DNA of 55,724 nucleotides, filler included, from Sphacelaria rigidula (taxonomy: Eukaryota), in assembly GCA_964200075.2 (NCBI GenBank). It is 6 parts of 6 records of this genome, joined end to end, with 100 filler letters (N's around TTAATTAATTAA, not from the genome) between each part and the next. Parts side by side here need not be neighbours in the genome. Positions count along the whole stretch, not along the records: positions 18,611 to 27,814 come from CAXNAA020009049.1; positions 27,915 to 37,118 come from CAXNAA020009050.1; 4 more parts are not named here. One strand, given 5' to 3'. Numbering within the stretch: the stretch's first letter is position 1; the number at the start of each line of letters is the position of its first letter. Of this stretch, positions 22,501 to 34,108 are shown one piece after another. The position numbers and the translations under genes are program-made. The notes under the pieces are model-generated. The model saw only the letters and a list, made by a program, of their open reading frames with translations. It was not told the origin of the DNA and made no database searches.

Positions 22501-24009
22501 TCAAAGGGGCAGTATGCTTGCTACAGATTCCCATTCCAGCGCAACAGTATGCTTGCCACACTCTCCCATGATAGCGCCAACGTGTGTAGGAGAAGGAGCT
22601 GCCACCTCTACCCTCACTCTTGCCCCTACCCTTGGCACGGAAGATACCTCACGATCAGCTCCTGAGGGCACTTGGCCCGAACGCAACGGTGGTGTTACAC
22701 CAATCCGCCTGGCAACAGGGTACACACTACATGCAGCAACAACATCGCTTGTGCCAGAACTCAAGCATGATTCGCGCTTGCGTTTTGTTCCTCGCACGCC
22801 AACAACGCTTCCTTCACCCTCTGTTATGCTACGGGTGGAGGTGGCCTCCCCAGTGCTGAGCTCTCCCGTGTGGTACTCTGTAGCTGCTGCATGCGCAGTA
22901 GGACGCTGCCGGCACAATTTTGCCTCATCAAGGTTGTCGTTCTCCAGAATATCCAATTTCAAGCGTCCCTCTTTGCTAGACTTGTAGCTCACCACATCCA
23001 CCATTCCCACCCTGGCATGCTGAGAGCAGAACTCCGCCTTCCTGCTTCCCGCCACACCATATGATGGCTTTTTCGAGCAGCCCTCGTCGCCGCATTTCTT
23101 GTGCACCACATCCACCATTCCCACCCTGGCATGCTGAGAGCAAAACTCCGCCTTCTTGCTTCCCGCCACACCATGTGATGGCTTTTTTGAGCAGCCCTCG
23201 TCGCCGCATTTCTTGTTCACCACATTCACCATTCCCGCCCTGGCATGCTGAGAGCAAAACTCCGCCTTCTTGCTTCCCGCCACACCAAACAACGGTCTCT
23301 TCGAGCAGCCCTGGTCGCCGCACCTCTTGTGCACCACATTCACCATCCCCGCCTTCGTATGCTTGGAGCAGAACTCCGCCTTCTTGCTTCCTGCTGCACC
23401 ATATGATGGGCGCGTGGGGCAGCCCTGGTGGCCACACTTCTTATACCCCACAGCCACCATTCCCGCCCTGGCATGTTGAAAGCAGAACTCCGCCTTTTTG
23501 CTCCCTGCTACACCATACGATGGATGCTTGAGGCAGCTCTCGTCGCTGCATTTCTTACTCGTCACATTCACCATTCCAGCCCCGGCATGCTCCGAGCAGA
23601 ACTCCGTCTTCTTGCTTCCCGCCACTCCATACGACGCCTTCTTCGAGCAGCCTTCGTCGCCGCATTTCTTTGTCACTACATCCACCATTCCCGCCCTGGC
23701 ATGCTGAGAGCAGAACTCCGCCTTCTTGCTTCCCGCTACACCATACGACGGCCTTGTGAAGCAGCCCTCGTTACCGCACTTCTTGCCCCACATATTCACC
23801 ATTCCGACCCTGGCATGCTTCAAGAAAAACTCCGCCTTCTTGCTTCCTGCCACACGATACGACGACGTCTTGGAGCAGCCCTCATTGCAACACGTCTGGA
23901 GCCCCACATCCACCATTCCAGCCCTGGCATGCTGAGAGCAGAACTCCGCCTTCTTGCTTCCCGCCACTCCATACGACGGTTTTTTCGAGCAACCATCGTC
24001 GCCGCACGT
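22501..24009 (-). pseudogene. EsV-1-7 cysteine-rich repeat protein, 5'-truncated: nine 38-aa repeats plus one degenerate repeat, then a low-complexity tail with KRKR
   Basis: 114-bp tandem units encoding KCGDEGCSKKPSYGVAGSKKAEFCSQHARAGMVDV (C-x4-C-x16-C-x2-H), the EsV-1-7 motif pattern. The first repeat begins at 24009 with no ATG and an in-frame TGA four codons upstream. The tail may continue by frameshift to ~22320. Confidence 0.85.
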
Positions 24010-24011
24010 GC

Positions 24012-27000
24012 TGGCTGGTCACTCAACAAGGTGCCGCCGGCGACCCAGGAGCGTTTCAACGTGTGATGTTTCGCGTCGTTGATGGACTGTCCGAATGCCG
24101 CATGTACCTCGACGATGCGGTGGTTCACGTCAGTACGCCTGCTGAGCACGTCGAACATTTAGCGTCCTTCTTTGCTCGTTTTGAACAACACAATTTGAAG
24201 CTCGCCCCATCTAAATCCCGCATTGGAGCCACGCGCATCGAGTTCCTGGGCCATTGTATCAGCCCTGACGGTCGTAGCCCCAACCTCGACAAAGTTGCCG
24301 CACTTAGAGAGATGCCCATGCCGCGCGATGTCTCTCAACTGCGCTCTCTACTCGGTGGTTTGAGTTACTACCGCCAATATCTGCCAAATTTAGCCCAAGC
24401 TCTAAAACCCCTCACCACCCTCCTCAAGGAGGGGGTGAAATTCGTGTTCACGTCGGCAATGGAAACAATTGTACGAGAGCAGCTCGACACATTGTCGAAG
24501 CCGCCAATTCTGGTTTTTCCCGACTGGTCAGGTGCTGAAAATGTCTTTCGTCCGTTCCGACTGCACACGGATTCTTCGAGAATTGGGTTTGGCTGCACAC
24601 TGGAACAGGAACAAGACGATGCTAGTGTTCGCCCAATTGTATATCTGACCCGAACCACCTACCCAAACGAACAGAACTGGTCTGTCATGGAACAAGAAGC
24701 CGGTGCAATTGTTTGGGGAGTGCGACGACTCCGGCAATATTTGTATGACCTCCCGTTTGTGATCCATACAGACCATAAGTCTTTGGAAAACCTCGCCAAA
24801 TGGCGGAACACAACGCCCGGGTTCAACGCTGGTTTGAGGTCCTGTCTTCCTACAGCTTCACGTTGAAGTACCGCACAGGTCCCCAAAACACAAACGCGGA
24901 CTTCTTATCACGCTTGCCCTTGCCAGCCCAACCCATCGACAACTCCGCCTTGGGTCGCATCACAGACCCCACCGAAGATATTGTGTATTTCATTAGCACA
25001 AATGGTCATCGCGGACTCTATACTCCACTCTCACTGAACCACAACTCGGCATTTTTTTTAAATAAGCTGACGCGTTCGGCTCACGCTTCTGTATTGGGTA
25101 GTTTGGCCCCACGATCGTTGTGTTCAGTTAAAAGTGAAGTTCGTGCACCTACCGGCGGGTATGACCAATTTCGTGCGTATGGTCATCGGATGGTTTGCAC
25201 TGTAGAGCCGATTTCTACTGACTGCGTCCTCCCGGTTCAAATCCGAGACCTCATCTCGAGCCGAACCCGAGGACGCCGGGCCGCGTAAACGGCTGCCGCC
25301 CTGGCTGCAGCCGGCCCAGACCTCCCCATCCCCAACCCCATTCCAGTTCCCGATAGCCTCCTTGCGCCCCCGTTACCTCCACGGCGCAAAGCTCTCCGAA
25401 AATCGACACCTTCCAAACCACCTCTGCCCACCATAGTCGAAACCTCGGCTGTGCCGTCCCCACCCCGTGATGGTACCACCTCCGGTACCACACCATCCGA
25501 CACCGTCCATGACGTAGGAATAGAGGTGAACGTTCCGTTTGAGAATACACTGACCACCCCATTCTGCCCTTGATCCCAATAACGCCTCGTGTCCATCCCA
25601 CCGTGATTCGATCCCCTGCGTTTTGGACAACCCCTCCGACAGTGTATTCAAGGAACTGACCCTCTTTTCTCACGCCGGTTGGGTCCGGGACCAGCAAGCT
25701 GAACCTGCTTGTAATGCAGCGATACGTTATCTATCCAAAGGATGCCCCTTCCCCTTTCCAGAAGCTGAGTTTCTTTTGCCAGTAGGGCCCCACCGAGCCC
25801 CCACACAAGATGAAGTTACTGAATTATCGCGTAAAGGCATGCTTTACACGGATGATGATGGCGTTGTTCTTTTAGTTCACCGGCCCCCCACGAACCCTCC
25901 TGGAGGGAAATCTACAAGTAGTCACGCCCGTTTGTTGGGTGATGCCCCCGTACGTATTTATGTTCCGATGCTTCTGCGTCCATGGGTTCTCCATGAATGC
26001 CACTCGCAAGCATCCACGCATCTAGGCGTCGCTAGGACATCTCAGATGCTTCAACGTTTTCTTTGGTGGATTTGTATGGACCAATGTGTGCGTTGGTGGG
26101 TTCGGCGGTGTCTTCTTTGCCAAGCACGCAAAACTTCACGTCAAACAGTTAGATGGCCGGTAATCTCTATGCCCCTTCCCAATGGGCCTGGTGAAATAGT
26201 TTCGTGGGACTACTTTGGCCCTCTGCTCCTCACTGATAGTGGTAACAAATACATTTTGTTGTGTACGGATCGGCTCAGTCGACATGCTGTGATGAATGCT
26301 GTTTCGGAGGCCAATTATAGTGCAGAAGGGACTGCCAACGTCCTTGTGTACACATACATCCCTCAGTGGGGTGTCCCCAAACGTTTGTTATCCGAGAACG
26401 GCCCACATTTTGCCGGCAAACGTTCTGCCGCGATCAGTAATCTCCTGGGCGCCCATCGTATTTTTACTAGTTCATACCATCCGTCCACAAACGCTGGGAC
26501 CGAACGAGTTAATCACACGATGGCGCAAATGCTTGCCACAGTGACCAATGAGCGACAGACGGACTGGGACCTGCATTTGCCCATTGTCCAAATGAACTAC
26601 AACAACTCCGTCAATGCCGCCACAGGCTTGGCTTCCAATGAAGTTCATATTGGTCGTATGCCCAGGCTGCCATTGACAGTGTTCGACAGGAAACCCCCTG
26701 GTGCTCATCAAACTTTGGAACGGGATATCGTGGAGTATCATATGTCTGTTAGTAATCGTCTTCGTCTTGTATATGAGATGGTACGGGAGCAGAATTTGAT
26801 CAACGCAGCAAAGGTCGCTAAGGCAAACCGCGTGTTGGATGATGCAGTGAACAGCCGTCCGGTCTACAAAGTAGGTGACTGGGCATGGGTGTATAACGAT
26901 GTGAGAACTGTAACTCAAGGTGCGAGCTCTGCTAAGTCGTCGTCGGATAAGGTATTGGAGTCGAAGCTTTGCTTGAATTGGACTTGTCCTCGAAAGATTT

Positions 27001-27814
27001 TGACAGTTGGGCCCTGTGATACTGCCCCTGACGATAAGCCAGTAGGTGAAAAGCGTTTGGATTTGGATTTTTCCACGGATGAACCTGGCGTCAAACCCAA
27101 AAACCGGGTCTCGATGCTTCGGTGCAAGCCGTGTCTGCCCCCTCACGACACTCGTGACGTGCCCAAGCGATTGCCTATGGGGCTCAGTCAGTATGTGCTA
27201 ACCAGGTATGCGGCGAAATCCCCCCCGTACCACATGACGGTTGAAGACGCTGATGGTCCTCTTGAACGTGTAGTGATAGATTGCATCTCGGGACACCAAT
27301 TAGTTCGAGGTCGAGGCGGTAAAATTGCGGTTATGTATCAGACCCCCTGGAAAGGCTTCATGCGTGTTACGTGGGAACGGGAGGAGGATTTGCGTCATTT
27401 TCGAAGAGAGATACTTTTATATTGGGTCGGAGATGTTGTCCAACACCGCCCGTTGAACAAACGATATAGGTCTATGCGAAAAGGCGCAGCAGCACGTGAA
27501 CTGGCGCGAGAACACTCGGCACAATTTGTCATTTCGGGCTATAGTCTGATTTCTCGTTCGCAATACCTGCGCTCGTTTACGAAGAAACATTTGCCGAAAG
27601 GTGCATATTTTTGGTACAGGGCTATGGATTCGCGGTGGTGGCTGGGGGAGATTCATTTGATAGATCCTGAGGCGGACGATTCCTACTAAATCCGCTTCCT
27701 CGATGACCCGGGTCCTCTCAAGATCCGTCTCAACGACGATTACTACACCGAGATGCCGACCGCTCGCCGAGGATCTTGGTGCCTACAACGACACGACAAA
27801 GGGGACATCGACAC
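24012..27814 (+). mobile_element. pol: Decayed Ty3/gypsy (Metaviridae) pol: C-terminal half of RT, RNase H, integrase, chromodomain, Tudor/PWWP-like module
   Basis: RT WLVTQQGAAGDPGAFQRVM...MYLDD...FLGH. RNase H LHTDSS...EQEAGAIVWG...HTDHKSL. Integrase HHCC (HECH...HLG...CLLC), WDYFGPL / SENG (second catalytic D appears as E) / TERVN. Order RT-RH-INT. Frameshifts at ~24800 and ~25555, stops at 25286 and 27687. 5' part missing, 3' end cut by the contig end. Confidence 0.93.
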
Positions 27815-27914
27815 NNNNNNNNNNNNNNNNNNNNNNNNNNNNNNNNNNNNNNNNNNNNTTAATTAATTAANNNNNNNNNNNNNNNNNNNNNNNNNNNNNN
27901 NNNNNNNNNNNNNN
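27815..27914. other. Artificial contig linker
   Basis: N44-TTAATTAATTAA-N44. Confidence 0.98.
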
Positions 27915-27939
27915 CCCCCCCCCGACGTTTCGTACAGTA

Positions 27940-28703
27940 CACTGACGAATCCCGCGAATTTGTATGAGATGATTTTTGTAGGTGTAAACTTCCGCTGAAT
28001 GGATATGGACATACAAAATTAAAGTTTCATCTAGCCAAGAGGCACACAGCAACCTGTCGTCATGGTCGAGGGGGGAGTATATGCCGACATACTTGATCGG
28101 CCAATTTTGCAGGGAGGGATACGTGATACGTGACGTTTTAACGTGACACATTCGAAAACACGTGACTTTGGGTCATTTAACGCTACGTAAGGTTTGATTT
28201 TTTGGATGGGACACATGTAACGTAGCGTGATATAACGTATGGTTCTTCGCATGAGCCCTAACATTGCGTTTTACTTTCCAAATGTGACGAAAACTCTGCT
28301 TGTTTTGGTGAATATGTCACGTGGCACGTATCACGATAAAAAATCACAAAAACAGCCTTTTTTTACAAATGGAAAACGCCAAAAGACACTGCTTCAAGGC
28401 CCACATATTACATCACGTTACGTTGCATTTGTTCCGTCCAAAAAATCAAACCTCACGTAGCGTTGAATGGCTCAAAGTCACGTGTTTTCGAATGTGTCAC
28501 GTTAAAACATCACGTATCACGTATCCCTCCCTGCAAATTTGGCCGTCCAAGTATGTCGGCACATACTCCCCCCTCGACCATGACGACAGGTTGCTGTGTG
28601 CCTCTTGGCTAGATGAAACTTTAATTTTGTATGTCCATATCCATTCAGCGGAAGTTTACACCTACAAAAATCACCTCATACAAATTCGCGGGACTTGTCA
28701 CTG
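27940..28703. mobile_element. ~760-bp non-autonomous DNA transposon with ~300-bp TIRs (possibly Tc1/mariner-type: CA(G/C)TG termini, TA on left flank)
   Basis: 27940-~28240 is a near-perfect reverse complement of ~28400-28703, which is why the ORF track shows the same peptide on both strands. Flanks are TA and TTA. Confidence 0.85.
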
Positions 28704-30190
28704 TTAGCTCTCGACAGCAATGTACGCCGAGCACGCCGTGCAGCGGGAAGGTAACGCTTTGGCTTCTCGGGCACTGCTGTCACGTGCTTTGTGTTTTTGT
28801 ACGATTGATCTGAGAGTTGTATTCGATTAGTTATTTCAGGTAGCTCATGACCTGTCCGACGTGTGAAACTTACCCACAGGTGAGCCGCAATAAAGCCGGA
28901 CCGAAATAACGACAACGAAGCCGTGGAAAGTTCGCGAGAAAATGGATGGCTGCCATATGCTGTCAGGTGAGAATCTACGGAAGTGCGCTGGTGCTGTGCG
29001 CATTTTTTTCAAGCGCGGTTCTGAGGAAACCATCTATATTAGATAAAAAAAGTAATGCATCTTCAAGAACCAGAAAGAGTTGGTTTTGGCTTCTGGATGA
29101 TCAACAGTAGTGCTGTAGTGAGACAAAGAGTTAAATTAACCGGGAACCTCGAACTCAACATGCCTCTAATGGTAAGGGATAATAAAATTCGGGTCTGTGG
29201 ACGGCTGACCGTTGCAAGTGCTCCCAGCGCGCGCAGCACGTGGTTTTGCTCGAATCGGCGCCTGTGGTGCCGACTTTTGCTCTGCAAGCTCACTCCTTGC
29301 CTACAACACGCAACGCATTCCCCTTCTCCGAGGATTCTCCGTATGCTGGAGATTGGGTTCGAAATATCCACCATGTGTCAACCGTTTGAGATTTGAAGAC
29401 GAACTCGCTCAACTCACGACACGGTGTGCGTACACAGTATGTAAAGCTTATATTGCGCAAACACGCGAACATTTCTAGTACAGTACAGACAGTGGTATAT
29501 AGATAGTTGCAGTGCAGTGCAGACGGCAGAAGGTGGTTCTCGTGGCTCAGCAATCGGCCGCACACGCGCAGGCACCGGAAGCTGATATACTCTTCGGCTG
29601 TTCTTGCCCGTGGACGAATGAATCACCTATAGTAACGTGGAGACGTGCGGAAAATCTTTGTTCCGTCATTAATCTTCGAGATGATGGGTTTGCTGCTGCC
29701 AGCGCGCATGCCAGACTACATTGCATACGGAACACCAGCCTAGGCGGAGTCAAGGTTCACTTCATGTAAGCTACGCAAGGAGCTCGCTGGCTGCTTCTGT
29801 CGATCTTGTCTAGCCTTGAATGTTGTACCGACCCTGAGGGCTCATTTCCAACAATCGTCCGGTATGGTACTGGTGTTGTACAACAGTAGCATTCATGCGT
29901 TAAATCAGAAGGATATACGAACCAGATCGCAAGACCTGTCGTTTATGCGCGCTGCGTACTGCACCCATCTGCGCTATTTTTTTGCTGTGCCAAATGTATG
30001 CTCGTCTGTCTAGCACGGCAACGATGTGTAGGTGGGTGAGACATGAACGACCGCGGTTCCATCTCAATCATCACATACAAATCAGCCTCAATGGTGTAGC
30101 AGGTTGCCGCATTCCAGTCTGCGGAGTGACCAAACAACGAAACACCCACGAGAAATAGGTCAGTCAGTTAATATATAGTGCGGTACTCAC

Positions 30191-30425
30191 TTTTCGGCTG
30201 TGCTCTAGCACAGCAAGGTCAATTCTTGCGTTGCTAAGGAGCGGTGTTCGACTTGGTGGTGGTAGCGGAATTGGCACCACACTGAGTGGGAAGTCGTCGA
30301 CCGAGGCAGGAAGCAGAGTGCGGACGGTGGCTGCTGTGGTATGTTCGGTTGTCTTGGTGTCTTTGAAATCTCGTATCATGCGCCACTTTCGACTTGAAAT
30401 GATCCCGTCCCGTATTCTACTATAT
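30191..30425 (-). CDS. Candidate exon of an unknown gene (…MIRDFKDTKTTEH…IDLAVLEHSRK)
   Basis: Strong acceptor TCTCTTTTTTTGCAG, strong donor AAA|GTGAGT, one open frame. No recognisable domain. Confidence 0.35.
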
Positions 30426-30755
30426 CTGCAAAAAAAGAGATGTCGTATCAAATAAATGACAGCACTGTACTGTAACAATCGAGTAGAACAATCCCCACTC
30501 CCCAGAACAACGCTCCTCGAAAAAACACCTCCTCATAACTAGCTGCTGCATGAGTATTGCGGCGGGATGGCATTTTGATATATTAGAACGCTGCTTGTTG
30601 TATAACAGTCGATCCTGAGCGCGTGTTTGGGGCGCGGGTATTATAGCTACGGGCGTTCTCCTGAAAAAGTGCCATTAAAAATTACTAAACTAAAACCTCC
30701 TTAGTTCATTAAAAAAAATCAGCCTGTCCCATTTTCTTTTTTATTCATTATTATT

Positions 30756-31474
30756 AGACCGATTTGTATGGCAACCAATCCGTATTTGTACAAATATGAG
30801 GATTTCAGCCCGTGTAAATCCGAGTTTCTCCCGTGGATTGATTTTTTGGACCCCCGTCCGTTAGGCAATGTTTTTCGCCTAGCTCTGAGGAAACCACATC
30901 AATTCTCCGATTCTCTGGGCGCTGACTTTTGGTTCATCACCTTTCTACTCAGATCGGGAAAACTCCCGCATCTCCCCCGATTTGGGCCCCAGATTCGGGG
31001 GAGATGCACGAGTCTCCCGATCTGAGCAGAAAAGTGACAAATAAAAAGTCAGCGACCAGAGAATCGGAGAATAATTGATGATCTGGTTTCCTCAGAGCTA
31101 GGCGAAAAACAATGCCCAACGGACTGATTGATCGATTAATCAGTTGTTGATTGTCGCACTTCAACTGACCCCCCAGGGGTCCAGCTGTGGTCTCATGATG
31201 GACGTACCCAATAAAAACGAAACTGAAACACGCCCTGAAAAAAAGAAGGAGCAGAAGAAAACAAAAGTCGAACAGAACGACATAGCAGACTAAGTCGTCG
31301 TAACAATTAAAACAAAATAAAATAAAAGTCAACACAAGCAAAGCACAGAAAGAAATGGCCGACCTGAAATAAAAAAAGAGAGAAAAAGAAGAGGAAAGTA
31401 ATAAAGAGCAAATACAGGCTGAAATCCTCATATTTGTACAAATACGGATTGGTTGCCATACAAATAATTGGTCT
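30756..31474. mobile_element. Foldback family B, copy 2; right arm interrupted by a family D insertion
   Basis: AGACC..TATGGCAAC...GAGGATTTCAGCCC at the start and GGCTGAAATCCTCA...GTTGCCATA..GGTCT at the end. Alignable with 7187-7657. Confidence 0.8.
31125..31415 (-). mobile_element. Retroposon-like 3' fragment with (TCAA)n tail, family D
   Basis: Reverse complement of ~31700-32026; starts with the TGATTGATCGATT tail. Confidence 0.6.
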
Positions 31475-31699
31475 TCTTATGCCCTAGCCAGGTCCCACAC
31501 ACATTTGCAAGAGTTTGAGGACACGTGGCGACGCGCGGACGAGCGAGAATCAGACCGCCGTCACAAGCGAGAGGCTGCTGCGTCGAGAGCTGCCAATCGG
31601 AGAATCCTGTCTGCTCATAATATCGGTTGTTGATTGTGTCCTTAGTCGGTGGCTCTGCGTGCCCACTGGTGTGTATCTGTATCTACACTGCCCTGAATA

Positions 31700-32026
31700 C
31701 CTTGGGCCTTTTCCTTTTCTTCATCGTTTTATCGTATTTTATTTCATTTTATTTGCTCTTTACTGTGCTCTTCTTTTCATTTTTTTTTGTTTCAGGTCGG
31801 CCATTTTTTGTTGTGCTTTGCTTGTGTGTGTTGATTTTTTTATTACTTTTCTTTGTTACGACTTGGTCTGCTATGTCGTTCCGTTCGACTTTTTTTTCTT
31901 CTCCTTGTTCCTTCTTTTCTTCAGAGCGTGTTTCAGTTTCGTTTTCCTTGAGTACTTCTATCATGAAACAACGGCTGGACCCTGGGGGGTTAGTTGACGT
32001 GCGACAATCAATCCATCAATCATTCA
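31700..32026 (+). mobile_element. Family D copy: T-rich body, GCTGGACCCTGGGGGGTTAGTTGA, (TCAA)n tail; diverged relatives at ~34696-34920 (-) and ~36380-36580 (+)
   Basis: Ends ACAATCAATCCATCAATCATTCAA. Microsatellite tails are typical of non-LTR retroposons. Confidence 0.6.
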
Positions 32027-32049
32027 AACAGAAGTTTTCGAAACGCACG

Positions 32050-32395
32050 TACCAAACAAACCTGGGCCGGTGAGTGGCCTGCAAACTACTGTTCCGAATT
32101 TCGACCCGCCCGGTTTCTAAATCGCGCCGCCTTCCCTCAATTTTGAGAGTTCGACTTTCAAATTTGGTGCGGAGAATGAATACTGTAGGGCATGGTCATC
32201 AAAAACGTTTTTCGGGACCCCGACTTCCTTTTTCTTCATTTTTTCTTCATTTTCATAGGCTAACGGCATTTTGCTGATAAATGGACACTGCGTATTGTCT
32301 CAACGGTAGATTTTTTTTTTCTATTATGCTCTAGTGATTCCCCGTACCGAAGTCGACCGCTCAAAATTGAGGCAAGGCGGGGCCTGCAAACTCAG
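32050..32395 (+). repeat. Dispersed repeat family F with internal inverted motif CCGCCTT.CCTCAAT / ATTGAGG.AAGGCGG; reverse copy at ~47418-47625
   Basis: Two alignable copies in unlinked contigs; both give ..P(R)L.S.LRV.LSNLVRR in the ORF track. Confidence 0.6.
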
Positions 32396-33945
32396 TAGAG
32401 TTAACTGGCATTGGGATACGATATGCTCATGATTGGCACATTTTACAAGTATCACTACCCCTTATCCTAACCCCAACCCAAGGCATACCGAGAACCGTCG
32501 GGCAAGGGATGTGCAGAAGCTTTCGTCGGCAAAGTGCGGCCTTGGTAGACTAAAAACCGGCGCCTGTGGCGCCGATTTGAAAAAAAACGCGTTCTGCGCA
32601 CGCGAGGAGTACGCGGGACTGTCAGCCCCAATAAAGATCCGATTCTCGTTGTTGACACTTAAATCAAGTACTGTAATAATATCAACCATGAACATATTCT
32701 AGCCCACCGCGGGTCAACTCTACGGGTTGTTGCGGGGACTGATCAGCATGCTGCTTTTGGACGCTTACTCCTTTTCCTGCTTCTTTTTCCGGCCTTGATG
32801 AGACAAACGGTCTTAGGGAGGATGGTGTCCGAACCCTTATCGAAGAACTCCACCACAGAAACTCACAAAGCGAATCATCAGGTTATGACACGGAACACGA
32901 AAAAGCTCCTGTGTTGACCTTCCTCCTGTGACCCCGGCTGGTGCGCCCGCATACACCGAAAGGTGCAGATCGGCGCCCAGAATAGATGGGACGACAGCAT
33001 ACACACAACACATATAATATGTTCTTCCGATTATCCCTCGAACGGAAAGCCGAGGAGAGCATCATGCCTTGTCAACTGTTGTGGTCAACTCACGTGCACA
33101 TCACGCAACATGACACGATCAATGACGACCCGATACCTCTTTCCCCCTCGTCCAACTCTGCCCAAACCTTTCGCCACCAAGCGTGGCAGTAGATACGTAC
33201 CACTTAACCCCTTTAGCGCCGGAGGTGTCCACATACAGTGTGTAGAATCAGCATCGTTTTCACTTGAGAAGGGCTGAGAATGGTGCCGATAGCACAAATG
33301 AACACCTCCGGCGCAAAAAAGGGATCAATCGCGGAAGGGAAAGAATTGCCGTGGTGTGTGTGACCTTTTCGATTGAGCACTTTTTCCCCTTCCCACCTCT
33401 GCGGCAAAGCATATCATGGCATGGAAAAGCGCGTCTCTCACTTATTCGAGTGGAAGCCTGCCTTGCTCACAACGGAAATATCGGATTGTTGAACAAATGT
33501 CGACACAGAGAATTGATGCCCTTTTAATGAAATCGCCCAACATGCATCACGCTTATACAGGTACCATTGCACCACCGCCAGCTCTTTCCAGCTGGCCCTA
33601 CTTTTACTGTACACATGGCTCGAAGTGGCGACCGTCTTCCGAGTGGTTGAGGTTCTTTAAAACTACAGCATGACGCAAGAAAACAAGGGCAATCAAATGC
33701 CATGAAGGATCGCCATTCCATCATACTGTGCAAAAACTCCAGTCGTGGCCACATCTGCATTGCCGCCGGCTAAATCGTAGTGTCCTATCATCATCATCAC
33801 CTTCCAATACATCCTGTCAAATATTATCGAAACCGCTGCCTTTCCTCCTCACAAGACCCGACCCCTAAATCTCTACCTGAGCACAACCCGTGCATATCCA
33901 CCCCCATCTATATCCTTGCGAACAATCATCATAAGCCGGCGGGCA

Positions 33946-34108
33946 TCAGCGGTCGTTGCTGTTATCGTCGTTCATCTCCTCTTCTTCCTCGCGCTCGGCA
34001 TCCTTGACACCCTCGTTATCTCGGACAAGCTGCAACTGACCGTCCGTCACCAAGATATGCTCCACTGTTTCCAGGAGCCACTCGAACTTGTGAAACAGAG
34101 CCAGTTGC
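33946..34108 (-). CDS. POLE: DNA polymerase epsilon catalytic subunit, terminal exon
   Basis: TTTTTCAG|G acceptor in phase with the previous exon. (R)QLALFHKFEWLLETVEHIL resembles the conserved Pol2 C-terminal helix. TGA stop. Confidence 0.85.

Noticed and set aside
27867..28707. Duplicated gene (same peptide MCHVKTSRITYPSLQ on both strands)
   Set aside because: Explained by the long inverted repeats of a non-coding transposon. The mirror ORFs at 7129-7566 arise the same way.
32455..32482. Telomere-like CCTAACCC motif (also ~50549)
   Set aside because: Only one or two degenerate units inside dispersed repeats; not a telomeric array.
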